DNA of 64,000 nucleotides from NCBI GenBank assembly GCA_965202785.1, contig OZ241855.1, positions 128,001 through 192,000 of the forward strand. Reading direction: 5' to 3'. A program made the translations under genes and the position numbers. Below the pieces are notes generated by a model. That model was not told where the DNA came from and ran no database searches. It was given only the letters and a program-made list of their open reading frames with translations. Every line of letters begins with the position of its first letter. The first letter of the stretch is position 1. This stretch comes from Thermodesulfobacteriota bacterium. GTDB taxonomy: Bacteria; Desulfobacterota_D; UBA1144; Nemesobacterales; Nemesobacteraceae. Below are positions 55,302-64,000 of this stretch, piece by piece.

Positions 55302-57767
55302 ATGAACCTAAAAAACCTAAAGAAAAATACCAATAGTCACAAGATTCTCCCTGTCGTTGGGGCGGTAATGGCCCTATTGTTTCTTTGCGTATTACCCGGC
55401 AACGTGCAGGCGCAGAGTGAGTCAGAAGCAACTTTGCTTCCATATATCTACGTGATAGGTTCGCGACGGCCCGTTCGCTCAACCACTGACACCGCTTCTC
55501 CCGTAGACGTCATATCAGGCGAAGATTTTACAGATCAGGGAACTGGAGACATGTCTAACCTCCTTCGTACCCTCGTTCCCTCGTACAATGTCGGGCCGAA
55601 TCCAATCAGCGATGCCGCCACGTTCATTCGTCCCGCCAACCTGCGGGGTCTTGCGTCCGATCAGTCTCTGGTTTTTGTAAACGGAAAACGTCGCCACAGG
55701 GCTGCTGTCATCACCTTTCTTGGAAACGGTGTTTCTGAGGGAGCGCAGGGTCCGGACGTAAGCGTCATTCCGGCAATTGCGCTTGATCGCGTCGAGGTTC
55801 TTCGCGACAGCGCCTCCGCACAGTACGGTTCCGACGCCATCGCCGGCGTAATCAACTTCGTGCTCAAGGACAGTCCGGACGGTGGAACTATAGAAACCCA
55901 ATGGGGACAAACGTACGAGGGTGACGGAACCGAGTATCGAGGCGCCTTCAACATCGGCGTACCCGTTACTGAAAGCGGTTTTGCCAATCTCAGCGCCGAA
56001 TGGCGCGAATCCGGACCCACGGTTCGCAGCGTGCAAAGAGACGACGCGGCTCATCTGGTCGCTGCCGGAAACACCCACGTCCGTCAGCCCTACGCCCAGA
56101 TATGGGGAGACCCCGACATAGACGGCGACATAAAAGTTTTCCTTAACTCAGGCATTGAGATAAGTGAACATTTAGAATTCTATGCGTTTGGAAACATAGC
56201 CAGACGGGAAACCGAAGGTGGTTTCTTTTTCCGAAACCCCGAGACACGCAAGGGAGTAAATGTGGACGGAGACGGCAATCCTCTGGAATACACGCTGCCC
56301 TCAGGCGAGATTTTCCGGTGGAGCCAGAGATTTCCGGGCGGTTTTACGCCCCAGTTCAAGGGAGAAGTAAATGACAAGGCTGCAACGCTTGGTTTTCGCG
56401 GCTCTTTGGCCTCAGGTCTAACATACGACACAAGCTACACAATTGGACGAAGCCGGGTGGATTTTTTCATCAGAGATACCATAAACTCCAGTTTGGGACC
56501 GGAATCGCCTACGCAGTTCGAGCTCGGTTCCTATATACAGACCGATCAGACCGCAAATGCGGACCTGACTTACAAATTCGGCGTTCCGATGTTTCATTCG
56601 CCGCTTCACGTCGCCACCGGTGTTGAATGGCGTAGTGAGAATTTCGAGGTCCTCGCGGGCGAAAGAGCCTCATGGGTCGCAGGTCCCCTGGCGCAGGCCG
56701 GCTTCGGTATCGGCGCCAACGGTTTTTCCGGTTTTTCCGATCGGGTAGCCGGTGAGTGGGACCGGTCCAACATTGCCGCCTACGTTGATCTCGAAGCAGA
56801 TGTCTTTTCAAATCTAACCCTCGGGGCAATGGGAAGATGGGAGAAGTTCGACGATTTCGGTTCGACAACGGACGGCAAGCTTGCCGCATTGTTTCGGGTG
56901 GTCCCCGGGTTGAGCCTGCGCGGTTCCGCAAGCACGGGCTTCAGGGTACCCACCGTGGGTCAGGAGAATATTCAGAACGTTACAACGGAGTTTCAATCCG
57001 GAGGATTGCGGCAGATAGGAACCATCCCCGCTACCTGCCCGGAAGCGAAACTGGCCGGCGCAGAACCTCTCGAGCCCGAAGAGTCGCTGACGTTCACTCT
57101 GGGTCTCGTGGCGGAGTCAGGTCCTGTTTCGCTCACGGCGGATTATTTCAACATCAGGGTAAATGACCGCTTGGGGAAATCAAAAGACATCAGAATCAAC
57201 CGGCGAATTCAAGGCAGCTGCCTTGAAGCTCAGGATGTACTTGAGTTCAGTTACTATGGAAACGGGTTTGATACGCGCACTAAGGGTATCGACATCGTCG
57301 CAACGGTCGATGTTTCTCCGCTGCTTGGACACGGTGAGACAAAATTTGTAGTAGTAGGCAACTGGACCGATACGCAGGTAGTCAAGCATGATCCGAACTT
57401 TCTTGATGAAAAGCGTATTCTCCAGCTTGAAAAAGTCCTTCCCGACTACAGGTTCAACGCTACGCTTCATCACGGCCGCAACGCATTGAGCGGCCTTGTG
57501 CGCCTTAATTACTTCGGTTCCTACTCAGAAACCCACGTTGACGATTTAGAGCTTCTTATCCATCCAGGCGATGAGATCACGCTTGATGCCGAGATAAGCT
57601 ACCTGCTGATGAACAGTGTTGAAGTGAGCGTTGGCGCGGAAAATATCTTCAACAACTTCCCCGATAGAAATCCCTACGCCGGGGAAGTAGGGGCGAAGTA
57701 TCCGGAATCTTCACCGATGGGCCTAGCCGGCGGTTTCTACTACGGAAGACTCCGTTACCTGTTCTGA
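55302..57767 (+). CDS. TonB-dependent receptor
   Basis: Plug motifs VIGSR, NLRGL, VFVNGKRRH and RVEVLRD..QYGSDAIAGVINF; C-terminal Phe. Confidence 0.95.
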   Translation: MNLKNLKKNTNSHKILPVVGAVMALLFLCVLPGNVQAQSESEATLLPYIYVIGSRRPVRSTTDTASPVDVISGEDFTDQGTGDMSNLLRTLVPSYNVGPNPISDAATFIRPANLRGLASDQSLVFVNGKRRHRAAVITFLGNGVSEGAQGPDVSVIPAIALDRVEVLRDSASAQYGSDAIAGVINFVLKDSPDGGTIETQWGQTYEGDGTEYRGAFNIGVPVTESGFANLSAEWRESGPTVRSVQRDDAAHLVAAGNTHVRQPYAQIWGDPDIDGDIKVFLNSGIEISEHLEFYAFGNIARRETEGGFFFRNPETRKGVNVDGDGNPLEYTLPSGEIFRWSQRFPGGFTPQFKGEVNDKAATLGFRGSLASGLTYDTSYTIGRSRVDFFIRDTINSSLGPESPTQFELGSYIQTDQTANADLTYKFGVPMFHSPLHVATGVEWRSENFEVLAGERASWVAGPLAQAGFGIGANGFSGFSDRVAGEWDRSNIAAYVDLEADVFSNLTLGAMGRWEKFDDFGSTTDGKLAALFRVVPGLSLRGSASTGFRVPTVGQENIQNVTTEFQSGGLRQIGTIPATCPEAKLAGAEPLEPEESLTFTLGLVAESGPVSLTADYFNIRVNDRLGKSKDIRINRRIQGSCLEAQDVLEFSYYGNGFDTRTKGIDIVATVDVSPLLGHGETKFVVVGNWTDTQVVKHDPNFLDEKRILQLEKVLPDYRFNATLHHGRNALSGLVRLNYFGSYSETHVDDLELLIHPGDEITLDAEISYLLMNSVEVSVGAENIFNNFPDRNPYAGEVGAKYPESSPMGLAGGFYYGRLRYLF

Positions 57768-57858
57768 GTGAAGAGGCCACAGAAGGGTTATGAACCCGAT
57801 AATCTGCCAATGATGACGGCAACAAACGCAACAATACCGCTCGTTGTTTCCGGAGCGG

Positions 57859-58212
57859 CTATTTTATGAAAACCATCTCGCTGTCTTTATTCGGCAGAAC
57901 CGACAGAATCTCAAAAGGTTCTTCTCCGTAAGCTTCATACCAGTGCGGCTCTCCGGCGGGGATGAAGACAACGTCACCCCTTGCCACTTCATAAACCTGA
58001 TCCCCGATTCCGACCCTTGCCGTGCCGCCAAGGACATACTGCTCATGCTCGGCGCCGCTTGTATGAGCGGGAATGCCGCCCCCGGGTTCAATGACAAGCT
58101 TCCTCATAGAAAAATTAGGACCCTCCTCGGGACCTATGAGCATTTGTCTTGAAACGCCGCTTCCCGACTCCAAGACCTCGCTCTCTATATCGTCAATTCT
58201 TTTTACATGCAT
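57859..58212 (-). CDS. Cupin-domain protein (paralogue of 52967-53323)
   Basis: PEEGPNF, IPAHT..EHEQYVLGG and VVFIPAG.PHWYE are shared with the first copy. Confidence 0.9.
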   Translation of the reverse strand: MHVKRIDDIESEVLESGSGVSRQMLIGPEEGPNFSMRKLVIEPGGGIPAHTSGAEHEQYVLGGTARVGIGDQVYEVARGDVVFIPAGEPHWYEAYGEEPFEILSVLPNKDSEMVFIK

Positions 58213-58506
58213 GCGCTTTTACCTCCAAACTGAATTCTGACTTTTACTTATAGTATCCCATGATTTTATATACAGATAATTTATTAAAATCTTATTTATC
58301 TTTCGTTCAATGCAGGTGAAGCATCGCCGGGAAATAAGCAAAGTGGATGAGAAAAGACGTCCAGGGGGAAAATCCGCCAACCGGCATATCGCATCATTTT
58401 CCCCTGATATAAAACGAAATTCACAACCGCGCATTTCTAAAAAACCCGTTTTTGTGTAGATTGATTAGCTACGGAACCGCGACGGTTCATCTCTTTGGAG
58501 AACAAT

Positions 58507-58609
<103 letters not shown>

Positions 58610-58622
58610 TTTTAAAAAAAAT

Positions 58623-60320
58623 ATGGCTTATAGAGTACTCGCCCGCAAGTGGCGCCCCCAGACTTTCGAAGACCTCGTCGGTCAGGAATTCCCCGCCGTA
58701 ACCCTCAGAAACTCAATCGAGTCCGGGAAGATAGCCCACGCGCTGCTTTTCGCCGGCCCGAGAGGCACGGGCAAGACATCCACGGCGAGAATTGTCGCCA
58801 AGGCCGTAAACTGCGAGAAAAAAGACGGGAGTAAGTACCCCTGCTCAACCGATCAGTGCTCAATCTGTGAGGGAATATCGGAGGGAAAATCGCTTGACGT
58901 GCAGGAGATTGACGCCGCGTCACACACGGGCGTGGCCGACGTTCGCGAGATCATAGAGAGCGTTAAATACTCCCCGGCTTCGGCAAGAAAGAAAGTCTAC
59001 ATAATCGACGAAGTGCACATGCTCTCCCAGTCGGCCTTCAACGCGCTTCTTAAAATAATGGAAGAACCCCCCGAGCACGCGATTTTCATACTGGCGACCA
59101 CCGAGGCCCACAAGGTTCCCCCGACCATCATGTCCCGCTGCCAGAGATACGACTTCAAGAAGATACCGGTCGAGAAAATAAAGGAATCCCTCGACAAGAT
59201 AACAAAGGCGGAGGGAATAAAGATCGACACGGAAACCCTCTACCTGATCGCGAGGGAATCGGAGGGAAGCATGAGGGACTCGCTGAGCCTGCTTGACCAG
59301 CTGACGGTGTCCTTCGAAGACAAAATAACCCACACAGACGTGATAAGCCTGCTCGGCATACCGGATAACGAGTCGCTTAAAAACATCCTTAGAGCCGTTT
59401 TCGCCAAGGAGCCGGCAAAATGCGTGGAGCTTGTGCGAAACGCCGCGTCGAAGGGGATAAGCCCGAGGAGAATGGCCCAGGACATCATCTACATGATGAG
59501 GAACCTGCTCTACCTTAAGATCTGCGGCAAGGATTTTGTTTCCGACCTGTCCCCGGATGAAAAAGACGAACTTTCAGAACTTGTAAAGAACGAATCCACG
59601 GAAACCGTGGAACTCCTTTTTAACGTAATAATCGACGGGGGAGAGAAAATACGCGGCTCCTTTTACCCGGAAATCGTTCTTGAACTTGCGCTTGTAAAGA
59701 TGAGCACGGTCGGCAAAGTCGAAAAGATAGACGATATTCTGAAAAGGCTTGAGAGACTGTCTCCGCAGGATTCCGGCACGGGGAAAACACCGAGTCCCCC
59801 GGGAGGGCAGAGGGAAACCGCGGCGCGCGGTCCCGAGAAACGGCAAAATAAACCCGCAGAGAAAAAGAGCAGGCACGTTGAAGAAAAAGACGCGGGCGAA
59901 AACGAAAAAACGGCAAAGCAAACACCCGCGGCCGCGGCCGGGGAGCAAACCTCGGGCGGCGGTCCCGCAAAACAGGAAATCGTTGACTTTGTGCACGGCA
60001 AAGACAAGTTTTTAGCAAGAAAGCTTGCCCAGGCACACCTCCTTGAAGTAAGCGGGGACCGGGTGAGCGTGAAATTTCTTAAAAACGGCATAAATCATGA
60101 AAAAGAGCTTAAAAAATCGAGAAAACTAAGAGATATACTAAGGGAAATGCTCGGCGTTGAGAAAATAAGGCTCGATATCGACACCGTAAACGAAGAGGGA
60201 ATTAACGGGACCGGTGGTACTAAGAAAAAGCCTGATCCCGCGGAAGATGAGATAGTTAACTACGCAATCCGGCAGTTTGACGCCAGCGTGATAAAAAGAA
60301 AAAATTTAAGCCAGGGGTGA
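58623..60320 (+). CDS. dnaX: DNA polymerase III subunit gamma/tau
   Basis: YRVLARKWRPQTF, GPRGTGKT, IIDEVHML and SRCQ motifs. Confidence 0.97.
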   Translation: MAYRVLARKWRPQTFEDLVGQEFPAVTLRNSIESGKIAHALLFAGPRGTGKTSTARIVAKAVNCEKKDGSKYPCSTDQCSICEGISEGKSLDVQEIDAASHTGVADVREIIESVKYSPASARKKVYIIDEVHMLSQSAFNALLKIMEEPPEHAIFILATTEAHKVPPTIMSRCQRYDFKKIPVEKIKESLDKITKAEGIKIDTETLYLIARESEGSMRDSLSLLDQLTVSFEDKITHTDVISLLGIPDNESLKNILRAVFAKEPAKCVELVRNAASKGISPRRMAQDIIYMMRNLLYLKICGKDFVSDLSPDEKDELSELVKNESTETVELLFNVIIDGGEKIRGSFYPEIVLELALVKMSTVGKVEKIDDILKRLERLSPQDSGTGKTPSPPGGQRETAARGPEKRQNKPAEKKSRHVEEKDAGENEKTAKQTPAAAAGEQTSGGGPAKQEIVDFVHGKDKFLARKLAQAHLLEVSGDRVSVKFLKNGINHEKELKKSRKLRDILREMLGVEKIRLDIDTVNEEGINGTGGTKKKPDPAEDEIVNYAIRQFDASVIKRKNLSQG

Positions 60321-60324
60321 AAAG

Positions 60325-60648
60325 ATGAAATTAGGCGGAAACATGAAGAACATCATGAAGCAGATGGGGAAGATGAAGGAGCAGATGGAACGCCTTCAGA
60401 ACGAGGCAGGGGAAAAAACCGTGGAAGCTTCTTCCGGGGGCGGAATGGTCACGGTTATCGCAAAAGCAAAGGGGGAAATAGTATCAATAGTAGTAGAACC
60501 CGAAATAATAAGCGAAACCGACGTTGAGATGCTCCAGGACCTTGTGACCGCCGCCGTAAACGAGGCCCTTTACAAGGGACAGGAGCTTATGAAAGACGAA
60601 GTCTCGCGCTTCACCGCCGGCATGGGACTTCCGCCGGGGCTTATCTGA
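60325..60648 (+). CDS. ybaB: YbaB/EbfC nucleoid-associated protein
   Basis: SGGGMVTV and DVEMLQDLV.AAVNEA motifs; dnaX-ybaB-recR synteny. Confidence 0.95.
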   Translation: MKLGGNMKNIMKQMGKMKEQMERLQNEAGEKTVEASSGGGMVTVIAKAKGEIVSIVVEPEIISETDVEMLQDLVTAAVNEALYKGQELMKDEVSRFTAGMGLPPGLI

Positions 60649-60649
60649 G

Positions 60650-61255
60650 ATGCAAAGAACCGGCCTTCCCGAGCCGATCTCAAGACTGATAGAAGAGCTT
60701 TCCAAGCTTCCGGGAATCGGCGAGAAAAACGCAACACGCCTTGCATTTCACATATTTCGATCATCAGAAGGCTACGCGCGCAGTCTCTCAAGCGCGATAA
60801 TCAGGACCAAATCCGACGTCAGCACGTGCAGCACATGCTTTAACTTCACGGAGAAGGATCCGTGCGCGATTTGCACTGACCCATCAAGAGACAACCACAT
60901 TCTCTGCGTCGTTGAAGAACCACTTGACCTGCTGGCAATTGAGAGAAGCGGGGAGTTCCGGGGAAAATACCATGTCCTCCACGGAGTAATCTCTCCCCTT
61001 GAGGGCGTGGGTCCAGAGGATCTTCGTATAAAAGAACTTCTGGCAAGAGCGGAACGCGAGGATATAAGGGAAATAATAGTCGCGACCGGCACTAACGTCG
61101 AAGGCGAGGCTACCGCTGTTTATCTTTCAAGAACAATAAAACCCCTCGGGATCAGAACCTCTAGAATAGCCTACGGAATACCCGTCGGCGGAGATATAGA
61201 GTTCATAGACGAACTCACGCTCGGCAAGGCACTTCGGGACAGAAAGGAAATGTAA
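60650..61255 (+). CDS. recR: Recombination mediator RecR
   Basis: LPGIGEK, C4 zinc finger, YHVLHGVISP and EGEATA motifs. Confidence 0.97.
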   Translation: MQRTGLPEPISRLIEELSKLPGIGEKNATRLAFHIFRSSEGYARSLSSAIIRTKSDVSTCSTCFNFTEKDPCAICTDPSRDNHILCVVEEPLDLLAIERSGEFRGKYHVLHGVISPLEGVGPEDLRIKELLARAEREDIREIIVATGTNVEGEATAVYLSRTIKPLGIRTSRIAYGIPVGGDIEFIDELTLGKALRDRKEM

Positions 61256-61264
61256 CCCAGCGTC

Positions 61265-62920
61265 TCACCCGTCGCCCGTGGTTTTCCTCGATACGAACGC
61301 AGCTTCAAGAATCAGCCAGACGGCAAGAATGAGCATTATCGCCGAGAGGCTGAAAAGAAGCGTGTTATGCAGAAAATACTTAAGGTTGAAAAATATGGAG
61401 GCCGTTGTCATGGCCACCAGGAAAATCATCGGCACGAGCGTGTAGATAAACGGTTTTTTCAATCTTCTCAGGTAAAGGGTAATCAGAAGCAGCGTGATTC
61501 CGGCTATCAGCTGGTTCGTAGCGCCGAAAAGAGGCCAGAGCAGAAATCCTCCCGAGCCCGGCCCCTTGCCGGGGACCTGAGCGAAAAGCGCTAGGGCAAG
61601 CGGAGGCACGATGGCGAAAAACGCCCCGATGTACCTGTTCTTAAGAGACTTGATTCCGTAGGCCTCCCCGAGTTCGCCTATAACGATCCTCTGTATCCTG
61701 GCCCCGGTATCAAGGGAAGTCGCCGCGAAACTTATCACTATCACGCTTATAAGGGTGGTCCCCAGCACCTCGGGGATATGTATTGAGGTAAGAAAGGTCG
61801 AACTTCCCATGACAAAATTCGCTATGCCGCCGCTTGATGCCGCTTCCCACGAATGATAGTGCTTGAGCCATGAACTGCGCTCTATCCCTGCCGCGACCGC
61901 GAGAGTCGCTATCATGGCTAGCGTGCCCTCCCCCAGCATGCCCCCGTAACCCACGAACCTTGAGTGCGACATCTTGTCAAGCTGCTTTGAGGTGGTTCCG
62001 CTCGCGACAAGACCGTGGAATCCGCTTACCGCTCCGCACGCAACGGTTATGAAAAGAAACGGAAACACGGGAAGCCCGTCGGCGGCAAAGTTAATGGCTG
62101 GGGCCTGCATCTCGGGATGCGCGACCATTATCCCCGTTATAAGTATCGAGAGACCCACGAAAAGATGGATTCCGTTTATGTAGTCCCTGGGCTGAAGAAG
62201 CATCCACACGGGAAGAACCGAGGCCACGAAGGAGTAGACCATTAGGATGATTACCCACGTCACCACCTGGCTTCCCATCACCTCGGGGATGGTCAGGGGA
62301 AATTTGGTGCCCGCCCAGATCATGAAGTAAAGAAGCGCAAGCGCGATTATTGACGGCCAGAGTATGGGAACGTTCTTCCTGTAGAAGAGAAATCCGATAA
62401 CAAGCGCCACAAGTATCTGGAAATTCACCGGAAGCACGCTCGCGGGAAAGTTTACGAAAAGAACCGCGATTGCGTAGGCAAAAACTGCTATCACGAAAAA
62501 GACCAGAAAGCAGACTATGAGAAGAAAAAGGGTTCTTCCCCTCGGGCTTATGAATATGCCGGCCAGGTCCCCGACGGATCTTCCCCTGTTTCTTGCCGAG
62601 ATAACCAGAGCGCCGAAATCATGAACGGCCCCGATGAAAATCGTTCCGAACACGACCCAGATAATCGCCGGAACCCAGCCCCAGAACACGGCTATGGCCG
62701 GCCCTATTATAGGAGCGGCACCCGCTATGGAGGCGAAATGATGGCCGAAAAGAATATGTCTGCCGGCAGGAACGTAATCCACGCCGTCTCGCAACTGGTG
62801 GGCAGGAGTAGGCTCCCCGTCTTTTACTCCGTAGACTTTCTCGGAGATGAACTTCGAGTAATATCTGTACCCGACCAGGTAAAAAGCTATTACGACTATC
62901 GCTATTACGGCTGCGTTCAT
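61265..62920 (-). CDS. cstA: Carbon starvation protein A family transporter
   Basis: DGVDYVP, GHHFASIAGAAP, LLQPRDY, CGAVSGFH and WPLFGATNQL motifs. Confidence 0.95.
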   Translation of the reverse strand: MNAAVIAIVVIAFYLVGYRYYSKFISEKVYGVKDGEPTPAHQLRDGVDYVPAGRHILFGHHFASIAGAAPIIGPAIAVFWGWVPAIIWVVFGTIFIGAVHDFGALVISARNRGRSVGDLAGIFISPRGRTLFLLIVCFLVFFVIAVFAYAIAVLFVNFPASVLPVNFQILVALVIGFLFYRKNVPILWPSIIALALLYFMIWAGTKFPLTIPEVMGSQVVTWVIILMVYSFVASVLPVWMLLQPRDYINGIHLFVGLSILITGIMVAHPEMQAPAINFAADGLPVFPFLFITVACGAVSGFHGLVASGTTSKQLDKMSHSRFVGYGGMLGEGTLAMIATLAVAAGIERSSWLKHYHSWEAASSGGIANFVMGSSTFLTSIHIPEVLGTTLISVIVISFAATSLDTGARIQRIVIGELGEAYGIKSLKNRYIGAFFAIVPPLALALFAQVPGKGPGSGGFLLWPLFGATNQLIAGITLLLITLYLRRLKKPFIYTLVPMIFLVAMTTASIFFNLKYFLHNTLLFSLSAIMLILAVWLILEAAFVSRKTTGDG

Positions 62921-62998
62921 CCGGAGTTCCCTTAAATCAGATAATCGGGGGTTTCATCATTATAAAGAAAAAACCGCAGGACTGAAACTGGGCTGCGC

Positions 62999-64000
62999 TC
63001 AACTGAAATTCTCGCGCATGTGCTCGCTTATCTCATCCCACCTGCCGTAAAGAGCAGAGAGCTTCGCCTCGAGTTCGCCCAGCTGTCTTGTTTTTTCTTC
63101 CCAGTTGGTGCCTTGGGGGGAAGTCTCGGGGTTCGCAAGAAACCTCTCCATCTCCTCTTTCTCAGTCTCGCATTCCGATATCCTGCTCTCAAGGTCCGAA
63201 AGGGCGTTTTCCATCTGTTTTTTCGAAAGAAGCGTCCAGTTCTCCATGTTCTCTATGCCCTTTTCGCGAAGCTCCCTGTAAAGCCTGTTGCGCCGCTCAG
63301 CCTCAAGGGCTTTTGCGGTTTTTTTCCTGGGCTCGTCGTTTTGCACCTCGGCGGGCATCTGCTGGTCATCTGAGTCGCGGGCTTTTTTCTCGAGAAATTC
63401 CGAGTAATTGCCTATAAAGGTCTCGACCCCTCCCCCTTCCACGTACCATGTCCTGTTCACAAGGCTGTCAATGAAATACCTGTCGTGGCTTATGAGCAAA
63501 AAGGTGCCGGAGTACTCCCCGAGGGCGTGGCGAAGCACTTCCCTCGACGCCATGTCAAGATGATTTGTAGGCTCGTCGAGAACCAGAAAATTGGAGCGGG
63601 AAACCAGAATCTTGAGAAGAGAGAGACGGCTTTTCTCGCCGCCCGAGAGAACCGAGACCTTCTTGGTTATATCGGAAGCACCGAAAAGAAAAGAGCCCAG
63701 AAGCGTTCTTGCCTCGGTCTGGGAAAAAAGAGGATAAGCTCCAATGAATTCTTCGTAAACCGTGTTCTGCGGATTAAGCATCTCGTCCTGGTTCTGCGCG
63801 TAGTAGCCCAGAGTTACGTTGTGGCCTAAGCGGCTTTGGCCGGAGAAGCCCTCCACACCGGCAACCATCTTGCAGAGAGTAGTTTTCCCCTCACCGTTTT
63901 TCCCGGTAACGGCTATCCTGTCTCCTCTTTCCACGCGAAGCGCGGGGGAGTTTTGAAAAACGACATTTCTCGCACCGCCGGGAGTTTCATACTCCTTTGA
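62999..64000 (-). CDS. ABC-F family ATP-binding protein (5' truncated by window edge)
   Basis: GKNGEGKTT, LSGGEKSR, LDEPTNHLD, ISHDRYF and GNYS motifs; C-terminal coiled coil. Confidence 0.92.
   Translation of the reverse strand, partial: SKEYETPGGARNVVFQNSPALRVERGDRIAVTGKNGEGKTTLCKMVAGVEGFSGQSRLGHNVTLGYYAQNQDEMLNPQNTVYEEFIGAYPLFSQTEARTLLGSFLFGASDITKKVSVLSGGEKSRLSLLKILVSRSNFLVLDEPTNHLDMASREVLRHALGEYSGTFLLISHDRYFIDSLVNRTWYVEGGGVETFIGNYSEFLEKKARDSDDQQMPAEVQNDEPRKKTAKALEAERRNRLYRELREKGIENMENWTLLSKKQMENALSDLESRISECETEKEEMERFLANPETSPQGTNWEEKTRQLGELEAKLSALYGRWDEISEHMRENFS

Noticed and set aside
59740-60130. Programmed -1 frameshift in dnaX
   Set aside because: A-rich runs exist, but I found no clear A-AAA-AAG site with a stimulatory hairpin.

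Overview
This is a 64 kb bacterial chromosomal segment of roughly 50% GC. It is mostly housekeeping genes: nuoH, gyrB, dcd, pheS, secDF-yajC-tgt-dapB, yicC, sucD, rmuC, cysS, nnr-tsaE-lysC-cimA, moeB and ffs-dnaX-ybaB-recR. It also holds a minus-strand 16S-tRNAIle-tRNAAla-23S operon with no linked 5S gene, plus tRNA-Leu and tRNA-Ser. Gene content looks deltaproteobacteria-like, possibly a host-associated Dadabacteria-type lineage; this is inference and needs a 16S search. Many small defence and toxin-antitoxin inserts sit between the core genes: HNH, AAA-DUF4143, orphan AbiEi, HipBA, orphan Phd, DinJ-YafQ, AbrB-VapC, HEPN-like and Mrr-like. The main oddities are: (1) an islet with a Cre-like recombinase beside a collagen/RTX lipoprotein gene, bracketed by candidate recombination sites; (2) two genes whose conserved N-termini begin at ATA or ATC; (3) several apparently leaderless genes; (4) a hydantoinase B-dipeptidase fusion with two mutually compensating duplications; (5) a HipBA module bracketed by a diverged duplication and a tsaD 5' fragment; (6) tandem csp genes; (7) a cupin-bracketed Cache/TonB module. 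No CRISPR array or transposase was seen. All calls come from reading the sequence by eye; no database search was run.
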